64,000 nt of DNA from an uncultured Nitrososphaerales archaeon (GCA_963713605.1 CAVQMO010000015.1:64001-128000); one strand, 5' to 3'. Shown: positions 22,326-33,891, numbered from the stretch's first letter. Made by a program: numbers and translations. The notes: generated from the sequence alone by a model not told the origin.

Positions 22326-22456
22326 ATGCCCAGGTAAACTTTCAATTATTGCATTTTGAAAAATAATTAGAATTTCTTTAGCAATCTGAACGTTCTATTG
22401 AACTAGTCAACAGAATCATGTGTGAGTGCCAAGTAGTGGTATATCCAAAATAACAC

Positions 22457-23023
22457 CTATAGCTTGTCAATAATACCCGTATAATTCTCTATAATGCGAT
22501 CTGTGAAGCTTTCTTTGTACTCTAGCAATACCCGATTGATCGTTATCTTATCTGCAACGCTATAAAGAAAATGGTCATTTCCATAGTTCGTGTTGAGTAT
22601 TCCAGCTTCTTTCAGCCTTTTGATATGCCAAGAAACGGTAGATGGAGCCTTGCCAATGTGATCTACAATTTCATTAAATGTACAAAATTCGTTCTTAAGC
22701 ATAAAAAACACAATGCTTCTAACAACATTACTTCTAAAGCAGCCTATAATATCAGAATCTCTTTTTGTTATATTGACAACAAAGTACCTTGTTACCCTAT
22801 TATTGCTCTGTCTTTCTACTCTAATCTCTCCGCTTTTCTCCAGTTTACCTAAATGATAAGATAAAACACCATTAGTCGTTCCAGATAACCTTATCAACTC
22901 CCTGTATCTTATTCCAGGATTTTCACATATGTAACTATAGATATCTTTTAGCAAATCACCTGAGCTGGGCACAAGATATTGTCCTGAAGTTGAATGGATA
23001 CTTTTATTATCTAAACTAGACAT
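22457..23023 (-). CDS. Double winged-helix (ArsR-like) transcription regulator
   Basis: NPGIRYRELIR...GVLSYHLGKLE and TFNEIVDHIGKAPSTVSWHIKRL. Confidence 0.88.
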   Translation of the reverse strand: MSSLDNKSIHSTSGQYLVPSSGDLLKDIYSYICENPGIRYRELIRLSGTTNGVLSYHLGKLEKSGEIRVERQSNNRVTRYFVVNITKRDSDIIGCFRSNVVRSIVFFMLKNEFCTFNEIVDHIGKAPSTVSWHIKRLKEAGILNTNYGNDHFLYSVADKITINRVLLEYKESFTDRIIENYTGIIDKL

Positions 23024-23457
23024 TATCTAGAGTTCACCTTTACAATGCCTATACCAAATAGGGCCAACATGGCAAATAGGATAATATGTGGTAATTCAAT
23101 GTTAACCCCTGGAATCAGTATATCCTGAATACCCCTGGCGGCATAGAAAAGAAATAGAATCTCCACTACGACAAGCGAAACAAACCCTAACGACATAAAC
23201 AACAATCTCGAACCGCCATTTCTAAAGTATGATGATAATGAAACAATACACAAGAAGATCGATAGTATTAGACTTGCAATGTGAAGAATGATATGATAAA
23301 TGTGTTGTGGGTGATTAATGTGTGGAATAATTAGTGGAATAGCCAGGATCGAAATTACAATTACTGAAACAAGAATGAAGAGTGTTGGTTTTTCAGAAAG
23401 AATGTTATTAATAATCATGCGTGATTTTCTGACAGAGTATACATGTTTCCTTTCCAT
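23023..23457 (-). CDS. His-rich 4-TM membrane protein, translationally coupled to the regulator
   Basis: IPHINHPQHIYHIILH; ELPH; TAATG stop/start overlap at 23023. Confidence 0.75.
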   Translation of the reverse strand: MERKHVYSVRKSRMIINNILSEKPTLFILVSVIVISILAIPLIIPHINHPQHIYHIILHIASLILSIFLCIVSLSSYFRNGGSRLLFMSLGFVSLVVVEILFLFYAARGIQDILIPGVNIELPHIILFAMLALFGIGIVKVNSR

Positions 23458-23579
23458 TTTCGCTCTTATAATTTTAAGTCTAGATCTATACTATCCGATC
23501 ATATCATAACCTAAAACAAATGACAACAAAAAAGTAAGTTGAAGCAGATAGTCTGACCTCGTCTTCACTATCTATAATT

Positions 23580-24124
23580 TTATGACCCTGTACTATTTGT
23601 TGCCTCCGCACCATCTCCATGTTCTCCTTCCTCTGCTCCAGGAGCAATTTTATTAATGCCTATGACTACTGTACTCCCAGGCGGAAATTCTAAACTATCT
23701 GTACCAGGATTTGCAATAGCTATATCTGTAATTACTTCTTCTTGTGGGGCAATATCAACATGGTAAAGACACATTTCTCCTGGAGCTGATAATTCCGGTA
23801 GATTTTCTAATTCGGCGAGCCGTGAAATTAGGCGCTTGCCCTAGTAGAACTTGAATGCTAGCAGTTGAGTTGTCTTCACATGGAACATTCACTGCAACAT
23901 GTCCATTCATTATCATATATGGTGTGGCATCATACAGATGAATAAACTTCCCAGCGGGAATGCTTGTTCCCTCAAGAAGCTCTGCTACTGAATCACGTAC
24001 TACGGTAGCGGGCCCCCTGGGCAAGCGTCGGTTGGATAATGTTATTCAGTCCATTTGTACTAAATCCCATTAGTCCAGCAATTATAAATCCAAGACAGAG
24101 AAACTTTGCATTTAATTCTCGCAT
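23580..24124 (-). CDS. Secreted thaumarchaeal protein with conserved His/Cys (two frameshifts)
   Basis: MRELNAKFLCLGF... / FIHLYDATPYMIMNGHVAVNVPC / MCLYHVDI. Confidence 0.7.
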
Positions 24125-24145
24125 AGAATTTTGATCTATTCAACT

Positions 24146-24180
24146 TTAATTAAGCATTGTGGTACATTCGTCGAATGAAT
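24146..24180 (-). promoter_or_regulatory. Operator site 7 plus TATA box
   Basis: Minus strand ATTCATTCGACGAATGTAC-8 nt-TTAATTAA; ATG at 24124. Confidence 0.8.
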
Positions 24181-24418
24181 GCGCCCCTGATGGGAGTTAT
24201 ATCACTAGCGATGTTTAGCCTCCTCAAGCCTGAATTTGGAGATATACGATCTTTCTATCAGTCGTCTAAACTAGAGGTAAATCAGTATTCACTATCGACT
24301 TCGCGTTATTGGGAATAACGTGGCAAAGTGCAGGGATATATCATGCTTGATGCATCATAAATAGATAAATTAACGTAACGTATTGATACGACGATGATAC
24401 AGTCATCGGCGTTCTAAC

Positions 24419-26431
24419 ATGGATAAAGCACAATCAATAAGTACATTCCAAGTGACAAGGAATTTCCCCTTCTCACAGAAAAGACAAAGACAAGAACATA
24501 TTCTCAAGGAAATTTGTGATGCTTTTAATTCTGGTTATAAACGGATTATTCTTGAAGCACCTACTGGATTTGGGAAAAGTCCTCTAGCCGTCTCTTTCGC
24601 ACTTACTTTGGGATCAAGCTATATATGTACTTCAACGAAGGATTTGCAAAGCCAGTATGCTAACGATTTTTCATACTTAAAGGTAGTCAAGGGCAAACGT
24701 AACTTCCCCTGTTTGGTAAAGGAAGATTTCATAAGAGATGGTAAATATAGATGCAAAATCTGCCTCTCACCTATAGTATCACGTCAAAGTAGATCACTAG
24801 AAAAAGAAGATCTAGTTATTAGTGAGTGCAAACACACCACTGTCGAATACGGACCTTGCATGACTGATGAAACATTTAGAGACAATGGTTGCAAATACAG
24901 AACTTTTTCAAAGGATTATACTGTGGTCAAGAAAGGCACAAGAAACGAATCGGTATTCATTCCTCTAGTAAATATTAAGAATTATCAAAAAGACTATTCA
25001 CATTGGCTTCACCTAAAAAACTTCCAAGGAGATCCTTCAATTACAGACTGGCAAGCATGCCCATATTTTGATCAATTAAACATCGCTTTAAGTGCCAGTC
25101 ATTCCATATTCAACTATTCTAATTTTTTGGCACTACTTCCAAGCAAGAAAAATCTCCTTTCAAGAGAATTACTTGTACTAGATGAAGGACACTTGTTAGA
25201 GACTGAACTTGTAAAGTTTAGAGGATTAACAATTTCAAAGAGGGGATGGAAGAGATATACTTCTGATCTAAAAATCATTGACTTCGGTTTTGATGATATC
25301 AAAAGATGGATAAATTTTTTGATAGAACTTGAAACAAAAATGCTCAATCTACTTGGTAATAGCCCAGTGGCCGAATCCCTGGCCATTGAACGTAAAGTCA
25401 AGTATGGGTGGTCTACTGAAAAGAAAAAGAAATTGAACAAAAATACTAGAATAGTATCTTCATCGGACTTATTTGAAAGTGATGAACAAATTTCTAGACA
25501 ATATGAAGACCTTTCTGTTAGTATAAATAATACATTAACAGATGAGGTTGCTGCTGACGCCATTAGAGATACCGAAAGACTAACACGCACAATAAATAAT
25601 ATCATATCAGATCCGGAAAATTGGATAGTATCGGACATAATAAAAGAGAACTATGAAGTGGTAAAAGTTGAATTCAAACCATTAGATATATCAAAGTACT
25701 GTAAGGCTGTATTTGACAAATGCTCAAAGACTATCATTATGAGTGCTACAATTCTAAATTATGAAACCTTTTGCAGAAACATCGGGATCTCTCCTGATAG
25801 TGATGAAGTAAAATTCATACAGGTTCCATCAGACTTTCCAGTAGAAAATAGACCTATATATCCTATGAACGTAGCTTATCTCAATTACAATAATCTGCAA
25901 TTACAAGAAACTAAATCAGCTATTACAAATGCAGTTGATAATTTAATGACAATACACAATAAACATAAAGGAATAATCCACACTACGTCTTATGAGCAAC
26001 TCAATTTTATCAAAGATAATATTTCTAAGGAGAATGCTAGAAGACTCATTGTCACCGATCCAGAAATACAGAGAGATGAAGTCGTTCAGGAACACTTTTA
26101 CGCAAAAAAGCCTACAGTTCTAATTTCTCCTTCATTACACACTGGTTTAGACTTAAAAGAGGATTTATCGAGATTCCAAATAATAACCAAAGTTCCCTAT
26201 CCTAATAAAAGTGATAGATGGATAAACGCGAAAAGAAATAAAGTTCCCGATTGGTACTATTGGCAGACTGGTTTAAAACTTGTTCAGGCCTATGGTAGAT
26301 CTGTTAGGTCTAAAGACGATTGGGCAAGAACATACATTTTAGATTCAGCGTTCGAATATTTTCTAAGAAAGAACAGAGAAATCTTACCCGGCTGGTTCCT
26401 CAATGCAATCAAAAATCATAATCTGATCTAA
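24419..26431 (+). CDS. DinG/XPD-family SF2 DNA helicase
   Basis: EAPTGFGKS, LDEGH, MSAT, QAYGRSVRSKDD; Cys cluster. Confidence 0.92.
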   Translation: MDKAQSISTFQVTRNFPFSQKRQRQEHILKEICDAFNSGYKRIILEAPTGFGKSPLAVSFALTLGSSYICTSTKDLQSQYANDFSYLKVVKGKRNFPCLVKEDFIRDGKYRCKICLSPIVSRQSRSLEKEDLVISECKHTTVEYGPCMTDETFRDNGCKYRTFSKDYTVVKKGTRNESVFIPLVNIKNYQKDYSHWLHLKNFQGDPSITDWQACPYFDQLNIALSASHSIFNYSNFLALLPSKKNLLSRELLVLDEGHLLETELVKFRGLTISKRGWKRYTSDLKIIDFGFDDIKRWINFLIELETKMLNLLGNSPVAESLAIERKVKYGWSTEKKKKLNKNTRIVSSSDLFESDEQISRQYEDLSVSINNTLTDEVAADAIRDTERLTRTINNIISDPENWIVSDIIKENYEVVKVEFKPLDISKYCKAVFDKCSKTIIMSATILNYETFCRNIGISPDSDEVKFIQVPSDFPVENRPIYPMNVAYLNYNNLQLQETKSAITNAVDNLMTIHNKHKGIIHTTSYEQLNFIKDNISKENARRLIVTDPEIQRDEVVQEHFYAKKPTVLISPSLHTGLDLKEDLSRFQIITKVPYPNKSDRWINAKRNKVPDWYYWQTGLKLVQAYGRSVRSKDDWARTYILDSAFEYFLRKNREILPGWFLNAIKNHNLI

Positions 26432-26853
26432 TTTTGCTTTTCAAAGCCGGAAGTTTTGCAACTATATTCTTCCTGAGTGAGATCATCGTTCTGTTACATT
26501 TCAATTTCATAGACACATAACCAAGAGAAGATGATGTGTATGTACAAAATCAAACTATGGATTATGATTGTGATGGGTTATTATTGTTATTATTTTTTAT
26601 GAAGGAAAAATGATCGGACAGTTCAATACATAAAGGATAAAATAAGATGGTTTGATAAGCAGCATTTCCTTTGCACAAGTATTAATCTCGGAATCGAACA
26701 CTTAACAAGTCGAGCTTGTCCTTCGTGTTAACGGTCATATATAACACGCATAGCGACAATAAAGCTCATCAAATACAAATGATTTCTCAATAGATAGGGA
26801 CTTACTACAGATTTAACGCTAAAATAGGCCTTGTATTATTGAACTAATAGGAT

Positions 26854-27547
26854 ATGGCAGCGGCGACAACAACGGCAACAACTACAACTGAAACCACTAC
26901 AGCCTCTATTAAAGGTGAAATTCCAAACTGGAGAGTTACAGGTGATTGGTTTGACGTTTGTAAGTGCAACATACCATGTCCTTGTGAGTTTGCCCAAACT
27001 CCAACGTATGGCGACGGTATTTTAGCTTATAATATCAAAAAAGGCAATTATGGTGAAATTCACCTTGATGGCTTGAGTGTAATAGCCGTGGGTAGCTTCG
27101 AAGGTAATATCTGGGCAGGCGATGGCAAAACAAAAGTGGATCTTGCACTATTTTTTTGACGAGAAAGCAAATGAACAGCAAAGAGAAGCACTGAATATGA
27201 TTTTTAGTGGAAAGGCCGGTGGTTTTATGGCGGAGTTTGTAAAGCTTATTGGAGAAGTTCGGGGAATTGAATACGCTCCTATCAAGTTTGAGTTGGCAGA
27301 TGATTTATTCTATTGGAGTGCAGAGATACCCGGAAAAGTTTTTGCAAAAGCTGAGGCATTAACAGGCCCTACGACGCCGCCTGGTAAACGCGTTCAAACT
27401 ATTAACCCGCCTGGTAGTGAGGTAGGACCTGGAGGAGTTGCAACTTGGGGGATATCTCTTGCTGACGAAGTCGATACAATAGGCTTCAAATGGAAAAGAA
27501 AAGGTAGATCAAGTAAGCATATTCCATTTGATTGGAGCGGACCATGA
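26854..27547 (+). CDS. DUF1326 family protein (frameshift in the T-run near 27151)
   Basis: W...GDWFDVCKCNIPCPC; DEKANEQQREAL..IFSGKAGG. Confidence 0.85.
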
Positions 27548-27605
27548 AATCTACTAACTATATAAATGAACTTGAGTAATCAACTTACTACCCAATATTA
27601 GCATT

Positions 27606-28695
27606 ATGAAAACTTCTTCATCCATAAAAATTATTATTGTAGTTATATCAATCTCTATATTTACTTGGTTCGTATCGATATGGCAGTATGATACTATGAT
27701 GTCTTCTATAATGACATATTACTATAGTCCAGTAGCATTATCATTGTTTGCAATAATATGGACTGCGGGTATGGCTGCTATGATGTTCCCAGCTATAATA
27801 CCAATGATTCTTTTCTACAATAGACTCATTGATAGTAGTAAAGGCAACAAAGGTAATTTCCATTCTTATAATAGTAGTCAGGTGTTATATCATGGACAGA
27901 ATGATACCCACAGTGATACGGATAACAACAATAAAAATTATAATAGGATACCAAGTTCGGTAAATCAAGATCAAAATAAACATAGAAAGATCTACAATCT
28001 AAGCTATGTGTTCAGACCCAAGATTTATTATATGATGATTTTCATATTATCATATCTCGCAATCTGGGCAATAACTGGGATAGTACTGCTCATTGGATGG
28101 TCTTATGCCTTAGACATATTATTAGCACAATTGGGAATAAATGATATTCAACATCAGCAGGTACAACAGCAAAAGGAGCAACTATCGATAAATACTATAT
28201 ATGGAGTCCTGCTGATCATATCTGGGATCTATCAATTTAGCTCGCTAAAAGCCAAATGTCTTGGATATTGTGAATCTCCTCTTAGTTTCTTTATGAGGAG
28301 ATGGCGGAAGGGAGCAGTGGGAGCGGTGAAGATGGGAACATATCATGGCCTATATTGTCTCGGTTGTTGCTGGCCCTACTTTTTACTTATGGTAGCATTA
28401 GGATGGATGAATATTATCTGGATGGGTCTGTTTGCGGCCATCATCTTTGCTGAAAAGATTTGGGCTAAAGGCGGGCTCTGGATCGCTAGAATCACTGGTA
28501 TCTGCCTCATAACTATTGGAATTCTATCTTTGACTGGGATGATACTGCTTCCTTCTGATCCTATGAGTAGGTACTCGTGATAGTGGCATGATGTCAATGG
28601 ACAATTCAATGAATATGGATATGTCTTCCTCGCCGCCAGATAATACGTCATTTCATAACAAGACTGATGAAACTAGTTCAACTATGAATATGTAG
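27606..28695 (+). CDS. DUF2182 metal-binding integral membrane protein (ORF ends 28580; Met-rich tail in a shifted frame to 28695)
   Basis: GMAAMMFP; YQFSSLKAKCLGYCESP; GLYCLGCCW; MNIIWM...EK. Confidence 0.9.
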
Positions 28696-28827
28696 ACACG
28701 AATAATGTTCGTTATGGACGTTCTCTTGATTCTCAATACCAAAGAAGCTGAAATTCTATGTTGTATTGAGGTTCATGAAATTCACCAAAAACACTGTTAG
28801 AAGACAGTTCCACAGATTTTAGCAATA

Positions 28828-30408
28828 CTATTGAGTTTTTAAAGGAAGAGAAAATTGAAAAGTAGCACCTTGTCTGCCTTTGTTATTATATGCCCATATC
28901 TTGCCTTTGTGTGCTTCTATGATACTCTTTGAGATAAACAATCCTAATCCTGTACCCGTCTTGAAACTAGTGGCAAATCTTGTAAACAATCTTGGCATTA
29001 TTTCCAGATCTATTCCTCTTCCAGTATCTGTGATCGAAACAATCGCTACTGCATCAGGTGATATAGGACGACGACCAGTCTTGTAGCACTCATCACTATA
29101 GTTGATATCATTAGAGCCGTTATTATTTTCAATTTGATAATCAAAATATGTAGGATGTTGATAGCTGTGTAAACATCTCATCGATATTATTATCCCACCT
29201 ATTTTTCCACTATCTATTTCTGTTACATCATCAATTGATTTGATCGCATTATTAATTAAATTTGAAATAACCTGATAAATTCTTACCTTGTCAGCCTCGA
29301 TTTCAACTTTATTCTCAGATCCAAGTTTTAATTGTAAAGCATCTATTTCCATCTCATCTTCCTCAGCATTTGCAGCACCGGTTTGGTGAATGTGATATCT
29401 TAACTCTATCTTAGACCTGGCATGTTTTTGGTAATGATAATGATGTGCAAGTTGTTTTTCAAAATCAGAAACTGTATCATGTATTAATTTGTTAAGATCA
29501 AAAATCTCTTTTTTTAGCTTTAAATTATCATTCTCTATATTAGTTAAATCGAGTATGTTTTCTGCGAGCTTGTTGAGCTTTTCAGCATTTCTCATTATCG
29601 TGTCCAATGATTCTTCTTCCTTTCCTCTGAGCGATTCTTTTTCATTTTTTAAGAGATATGATAAACCCATTATGGGTTGGATTGGAGTACGCAATTCATG
29701 AGCAGCTACACTGATAAACTCCTTGTACTTCTTGTCTTGCATTATCAGTTTCTCATTTACTTTTTTTACTTGTTGATGTAGCCCAACTTGGGTCCATAAA
29801 TTCTCAAAAATAGAAATGTAAGGAAAAATCCTAGAGGAATCAGTACAATATGTCGATAAACCAGCCGCTGTTTCACATGACTCTTCGATGTCATCTTTTA
29901 GTTCTGTTACGAGTGAAATATTTTTATCAATTACTAGGATCGTTGCTCTAGTTCCTGAGATCTCTTGAATGAATCTGATCGATTCATCGCTACTATTATT
30001 CTCTTTATTGGTTTTCATTTTGTGAGTTGTCTCTAGAAAAAATGGTTTCTGTTCTACAAACTTCTCGATTAGTGGATGACGAGGTACCAAAACCTTTACT
30101 CTCACATTTCGGTGCCTCGTTACGTCAGTTAATGCCTTAATAGCTCCAATCTTTTCATGCCTAAGAAATGAATTAGCAGTAGGAAAAAAAAGTAAGATTT
30201 CCTCATTAGCTGAGGATATGCTATTCAGGCATAACTGTCGTGTTATAATAGGGTCCTTAATGCCTTCAATTATATTTAGTTTCTTACTGATTTCTATTTC
30301 AATATTTTCTTGTTTTGTCAGAGTTGAATCATCATTTCGAATATTAGGAATCTTTTGAAATTTAACATTATAACCGCTATTTGATGTCAAAGTACTTATC
30401 TTGTTCAT
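28828..30408 (-). CDS. Sensor histidine kinase (HisKA + HATPase_c)
   Basis: AAHELRTPIQPI; NLINNAIK; DTGRGI; GTGLGLFI. Confidence 0.92.
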   Translation of the reverse strand: MNKISTLTSNSGYNVKFQKIPNIRNDDSTLTKQENIEIEISKKLNIIEGIKDPIITRQLCLNSISSANEEILLFFPTANSFLRHEKIGAIKALTDVTRHRNVRVKVLVPRHPLIEKFVEQKPFFLETTHKMKTNKENNSSDESIRFIQEISGTRATILVIDKNISLVTELKDDIEESCETAAGLSTYCTDSSRIFPYISIFENLWTQVGLHQQVKKVNEKLIMQDKKYKEFISVAAHELRTPIQPIMGLSYLLKNEKESLRGKEEESLDTIMRNAEKLNKLAENILDLTNIENDNLKLKKEIFDLNKLIHDTVSDFEKQLAHHYHYQKHARSKIELRYHIHQTGAANAEEDEMEIDALQLKLGSENKVEIEADKVRIYQVISNLINNAIKSIDDVTEIDSGKIGGIIISMRCLHSYQHPTYFDYQIENNNGSNDINYSDECYKTGRRPISPDAVAIVSITDTGRGIDLEIMPRLFTRFATSFKTGTGLGLFISKSIIEAHKGKIWAYNNKGRQGATFQFSLPLKTQ

Positions 30409-31123
30409 TATGCAAAATATCTATCAAATAGTGCTATTTCGTTATCCAATTCCATTATCGTCGGTTCTTCTGTTTGATTCAGTTGATTAAACCCTTCAAG
30501 TATAAGAACCTGATTTTTTGTGCTCGTACTTGGAGGCGGGAGTTTCATCTGAGCTTGTTTAGCCATAACCATATTTTATTAAAAGTGGCTAATATAGCGC
30601 AGCTGCCCCTAGAGTGAGGGACAGGGGAGATGCTTGGACAATTACCATTTGTACTAAGATCTAGCCAATGCTAAAAAATTACAATATATACCTACAATAC
30701 TAATTAGCGTCCCATCTAAATGTGGAATGACAATCCCTATAGGCTCAAGGAGACCCCCCAACTATTTGATCAAATGTTTTCCCATTCATGATTTGTACAC
30801 AATAAAGTTCAGCCTAAATTTTTAGCAGTGATCTGGAAAAGAGGAAAATAGATATTCTGGAAGTCTGCATTGTTAGAGGTGCTTTGACAGTTCAGCAGGT
30901 AGAAGAGTAATATAAATAGAAGTTAAGAAGAACATGACAAATAATATGGCTAAAATTAGTTAGTTATGTGGATATATCACAATGAGCTGAATATTCCATC
31001 GGATATTTTATTCTAAGTATTAGCTAACATTAATAAAGATAAATCTATACGAATATTGTGGAAGATAATTATGATGCCTATCTTCGTCTATTTGATATAT
31101 CTCGAATCACTTCTATACCTTAA

Positions 31124-31454
31124 ATGAATAAAACTGTACCGGTAATTTTAGCTGTAGTCATAATTACAGCAACGATAGGAGTTAGTGTATCCCTTGAACA
31201 AGCTTTTGCATCTTCTGCTGCATCGGCATCAGCAAGTGGCGGATCAGCGGCAGCAGCAGGCAGCGGCAGCAAGTGGCGGATCAGCGGCAGCAGCAGCAGC
31301 AGCGGCAGGCGATAGTTCGGCAGCAGCGGCAGCAAGTGGCGGATCAGCGGCAGCAGCGGCAGCAGCATCATCTGATGATGACGATGACGATCATCATCGA
31401 TACTGTGACTACGACGAAGATGATGATGACTGTGACGACGATGACGACGACTAA
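31124..31454 (+). CDS. Secreted Ala/Ser-repeat protein with an Asp-rich tail (frameshifted)
   Basis: Signal peptide, ASGGSAAAAAAA repeats, DDDDDDHHRYCDYDEDDDDC. Confidence 0.65.
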
Positions 31455-31699
31455 GGAGCAAACTGCCCTATCTTTTCTTTTTGGCTAACTTCCAATTAGC
31501 TAATGATGGTAAGTTAAAATATGATTTGAGATGGATAGGCCATTCTCGACCTGATTAATGCAATAAATTCTAGAAGGAAGTCAAACCTAAGATGTCGCTG
31601 TTTGACTATTTAATTTTAAAAGAACTTTAGTAGGTTTTTTGATAGATATACTTTTGATCCCTTACCAATTTTTATACTTCAAGAAATATTCTACTGGTT

Positions 31700-32089
31700 A
31701 TGAACAAATCTAATTCAACTGACGCAGGTGTTGTTTCACACCTTGTCTATAGAGTACCCAAAAAGAATCATGAGGCAATGTTGCGAATCTGCAAAGAGGC
31801 CTATGATATGTTCAAGCAATACGGTATTCTCCACTATGACGCCTTCAAGCTTAGTAATACAGATGTACCAATGGAAGGATTTGCCAATATTGCAAGTGTC
31901 ATTTCTGCTAATCAAGATGAGGAAGTTTGGATTGAGTCAATTTATTACAGAGATCGCCAACACATGAATGAAGTAATGGCAAAGATGGAAAAGGACGAAA
32001 GAGCTGGCCAAATGATGAAACAATCAATGGATCTGCTGCCTCCGGGTGCCGAGTTCATCGTCGGTGACTTTGAACGTCTGAGTGTCTAG
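31700..32089 (+). CDS. DUF1428-like dimeric alpha/beta-barrel protein
   Basis: YRVPKKNHEAM...YRDRQHMNEVMAKM...GDF. Confidence 0.7.
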   Translation: MNKSNSTDAGVVSHLVYRVPKKNHEAMLRICKEAYDMFKQYGILHYDAFKLSNTDVPMEGFANIASVISANQDEEVWIESIYYRDRQHMNEVMAKMEKDERAGQMMKQSMDLLPPGAEFIVGDFERLSV

Positions 32090-32241
32090 GTGGGACGTAG
32101 AGTATAGCTTTCGTGCTTTGTAGAAAATAATGTTTTTCGTAATTTCCGACCTAAATAGATCTTGCGTTATACGTTGCATCACTGTCATATTATTTGGGTC
32201 AGAATAATCGTGACAAGGAAGCTGGGAATTTATGGGGGTGA

Positions 32242-33303
32242 TTGATAGTGAGTACTACTCACTCTAGTATGTCATCTTTGGATATAACTATTTCACATAT
32301 TGCTACCTTATCTGTGGTATTATTTACTGTTGCTCTAATTGTTCCGCATATGGAGCAACAAAGTATAGCGCAGGAGCAGCAACAGCCCCCATATAATCGA
32401 ACTGCATTTAATACGGAAAATCCCATCAAAGATTTATCCTTTAGTATTAATGATGTTCCTAATTTATCCCATCATAAAACTGTTGTAAATGGAATTGAGC
32501 TTCACTATGTGATAGCTGGTGAAGAAAAAGGATATCCAGTAGTATTGCTACATGGATGGCCCCAAACTTGGTATGAATGGAGACACATAATTCCAGAATT
32601 AGTAGCTGAATAATTATACTGTAATTGCCCCAGATTCTGAGAGGCTTAGGGAATTCGGAAAAACCACAAACCGGATACGACAAAAAAACTATTGCAGAGG
32701 ATATCTATCAGTTAGTAAAGAAGTTAGGCTACGATAAAATATATCTAGTGGGTCATGATTGGGGAGGAGCTGTTGCATATTCATATGGCAGCTGAACATC
32801 CTGAAGATGTTATTAAAATGATTATACTTGATATCTTTTTACCAGGATTTGGATATGAAGAAGCAGGAAACTTTTCACCAAATGGAATATGGCACCTTGC
32901 ATTTCATGCAGTAAGAGATCTTCCAGAAAAATTAATTGAGGGAAAAGAAGATGTCTATCTTAACTGGTTTTATGATTGGACTTATAATCAATCTGCACTA
33001 ACAACTGAGGCAAGAGAAGAATACATCAAACAATACTCAAAGCCTGGTGCATTACGTGCAGGTTTTGAATACTACAGAGCGGCTTTTGAAGATGCTCACC
33101 AGAATAAGGAATATGCTCAACAAAAACTAGATATGCCTATAATGACTATAGGTGGAGAAGCAGGTGTAGGTAATTTTACTACAACTTCCTTTCAAATGGT
33201 TGCAAACAATGTTACGGGAATAACATTACCAAATACAGGACATTTTATCCCAGAAGAAAGACCAAACATTGTAATAAACCTGATACTTGACTTTTTCAAA
33301 TAA
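32242..33303 (+). CDS. Secreted alpha/beta hydrolase (epoxide hydrolase-like), multiple frameshifts
   Basis: VVLLHGWPQTWYEWR; PD.RGLG.S; VGHDWGG; GHFIPEERP. Confidence 0.85.
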
Positions 33304-33891
33304 ACTTCTTTTCTTTAGATTTATACAATAGAATTTCATGGATATTATTGGGTTACTTTTACTCTCAAGTAGCGAGATCTAGATTTTGAAGAAAGTATGA
33401 AAGACGTACTTGGTAGTCAGATATTAGAGGACTTCGACAGAGGAGAAGATGAAATTGATTAAGACGAAGGAAATAATGATAAGAGATTTTGATTGTGGAG
33501 CAAATCTAGTATGTCAACTAAGTGGAGATTGGGAATGGGCAAAGGATCACTCCCTGATCCAACATTCCTTTCACTTTGAACCGTTTTTGTTAGTATTGTG
33601 CATTTCTTATTGGGCTTGAACCTAGGGTATGGCGGTCAATTCCTTGCTTGACGACCAATTCTTCATTTCGACCGCCTATCCATTTACTTAAAGCTAACCA
33701 ATGGTATGATTATTTTTGTTCATTTTAAATTCCTCGCTTTGTAATCTAATTCCTAAAAATGGTTGTGAATGGTTTGTCCTTCATAAGACAGCTACCTCTG
33801 TATTACTATTGATTTCTAGTATATATCGTCATACTCCAACAGTTAAAGAAGTCATTACTCAATCAAAAGCGTATTTATGCTGACATGATTT

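Noticed and set aside
24185..24230. Fluoride-riboswitch-like TGATGGGAGTT sequence
   Set aside because: The downstream consensus and pseudoknot pairing are not present.
25114..25638. 174-aa minus-strand ORF and similar ORFs nested in long genes
   Set aside because: Antisense shadows of well-supported genes.
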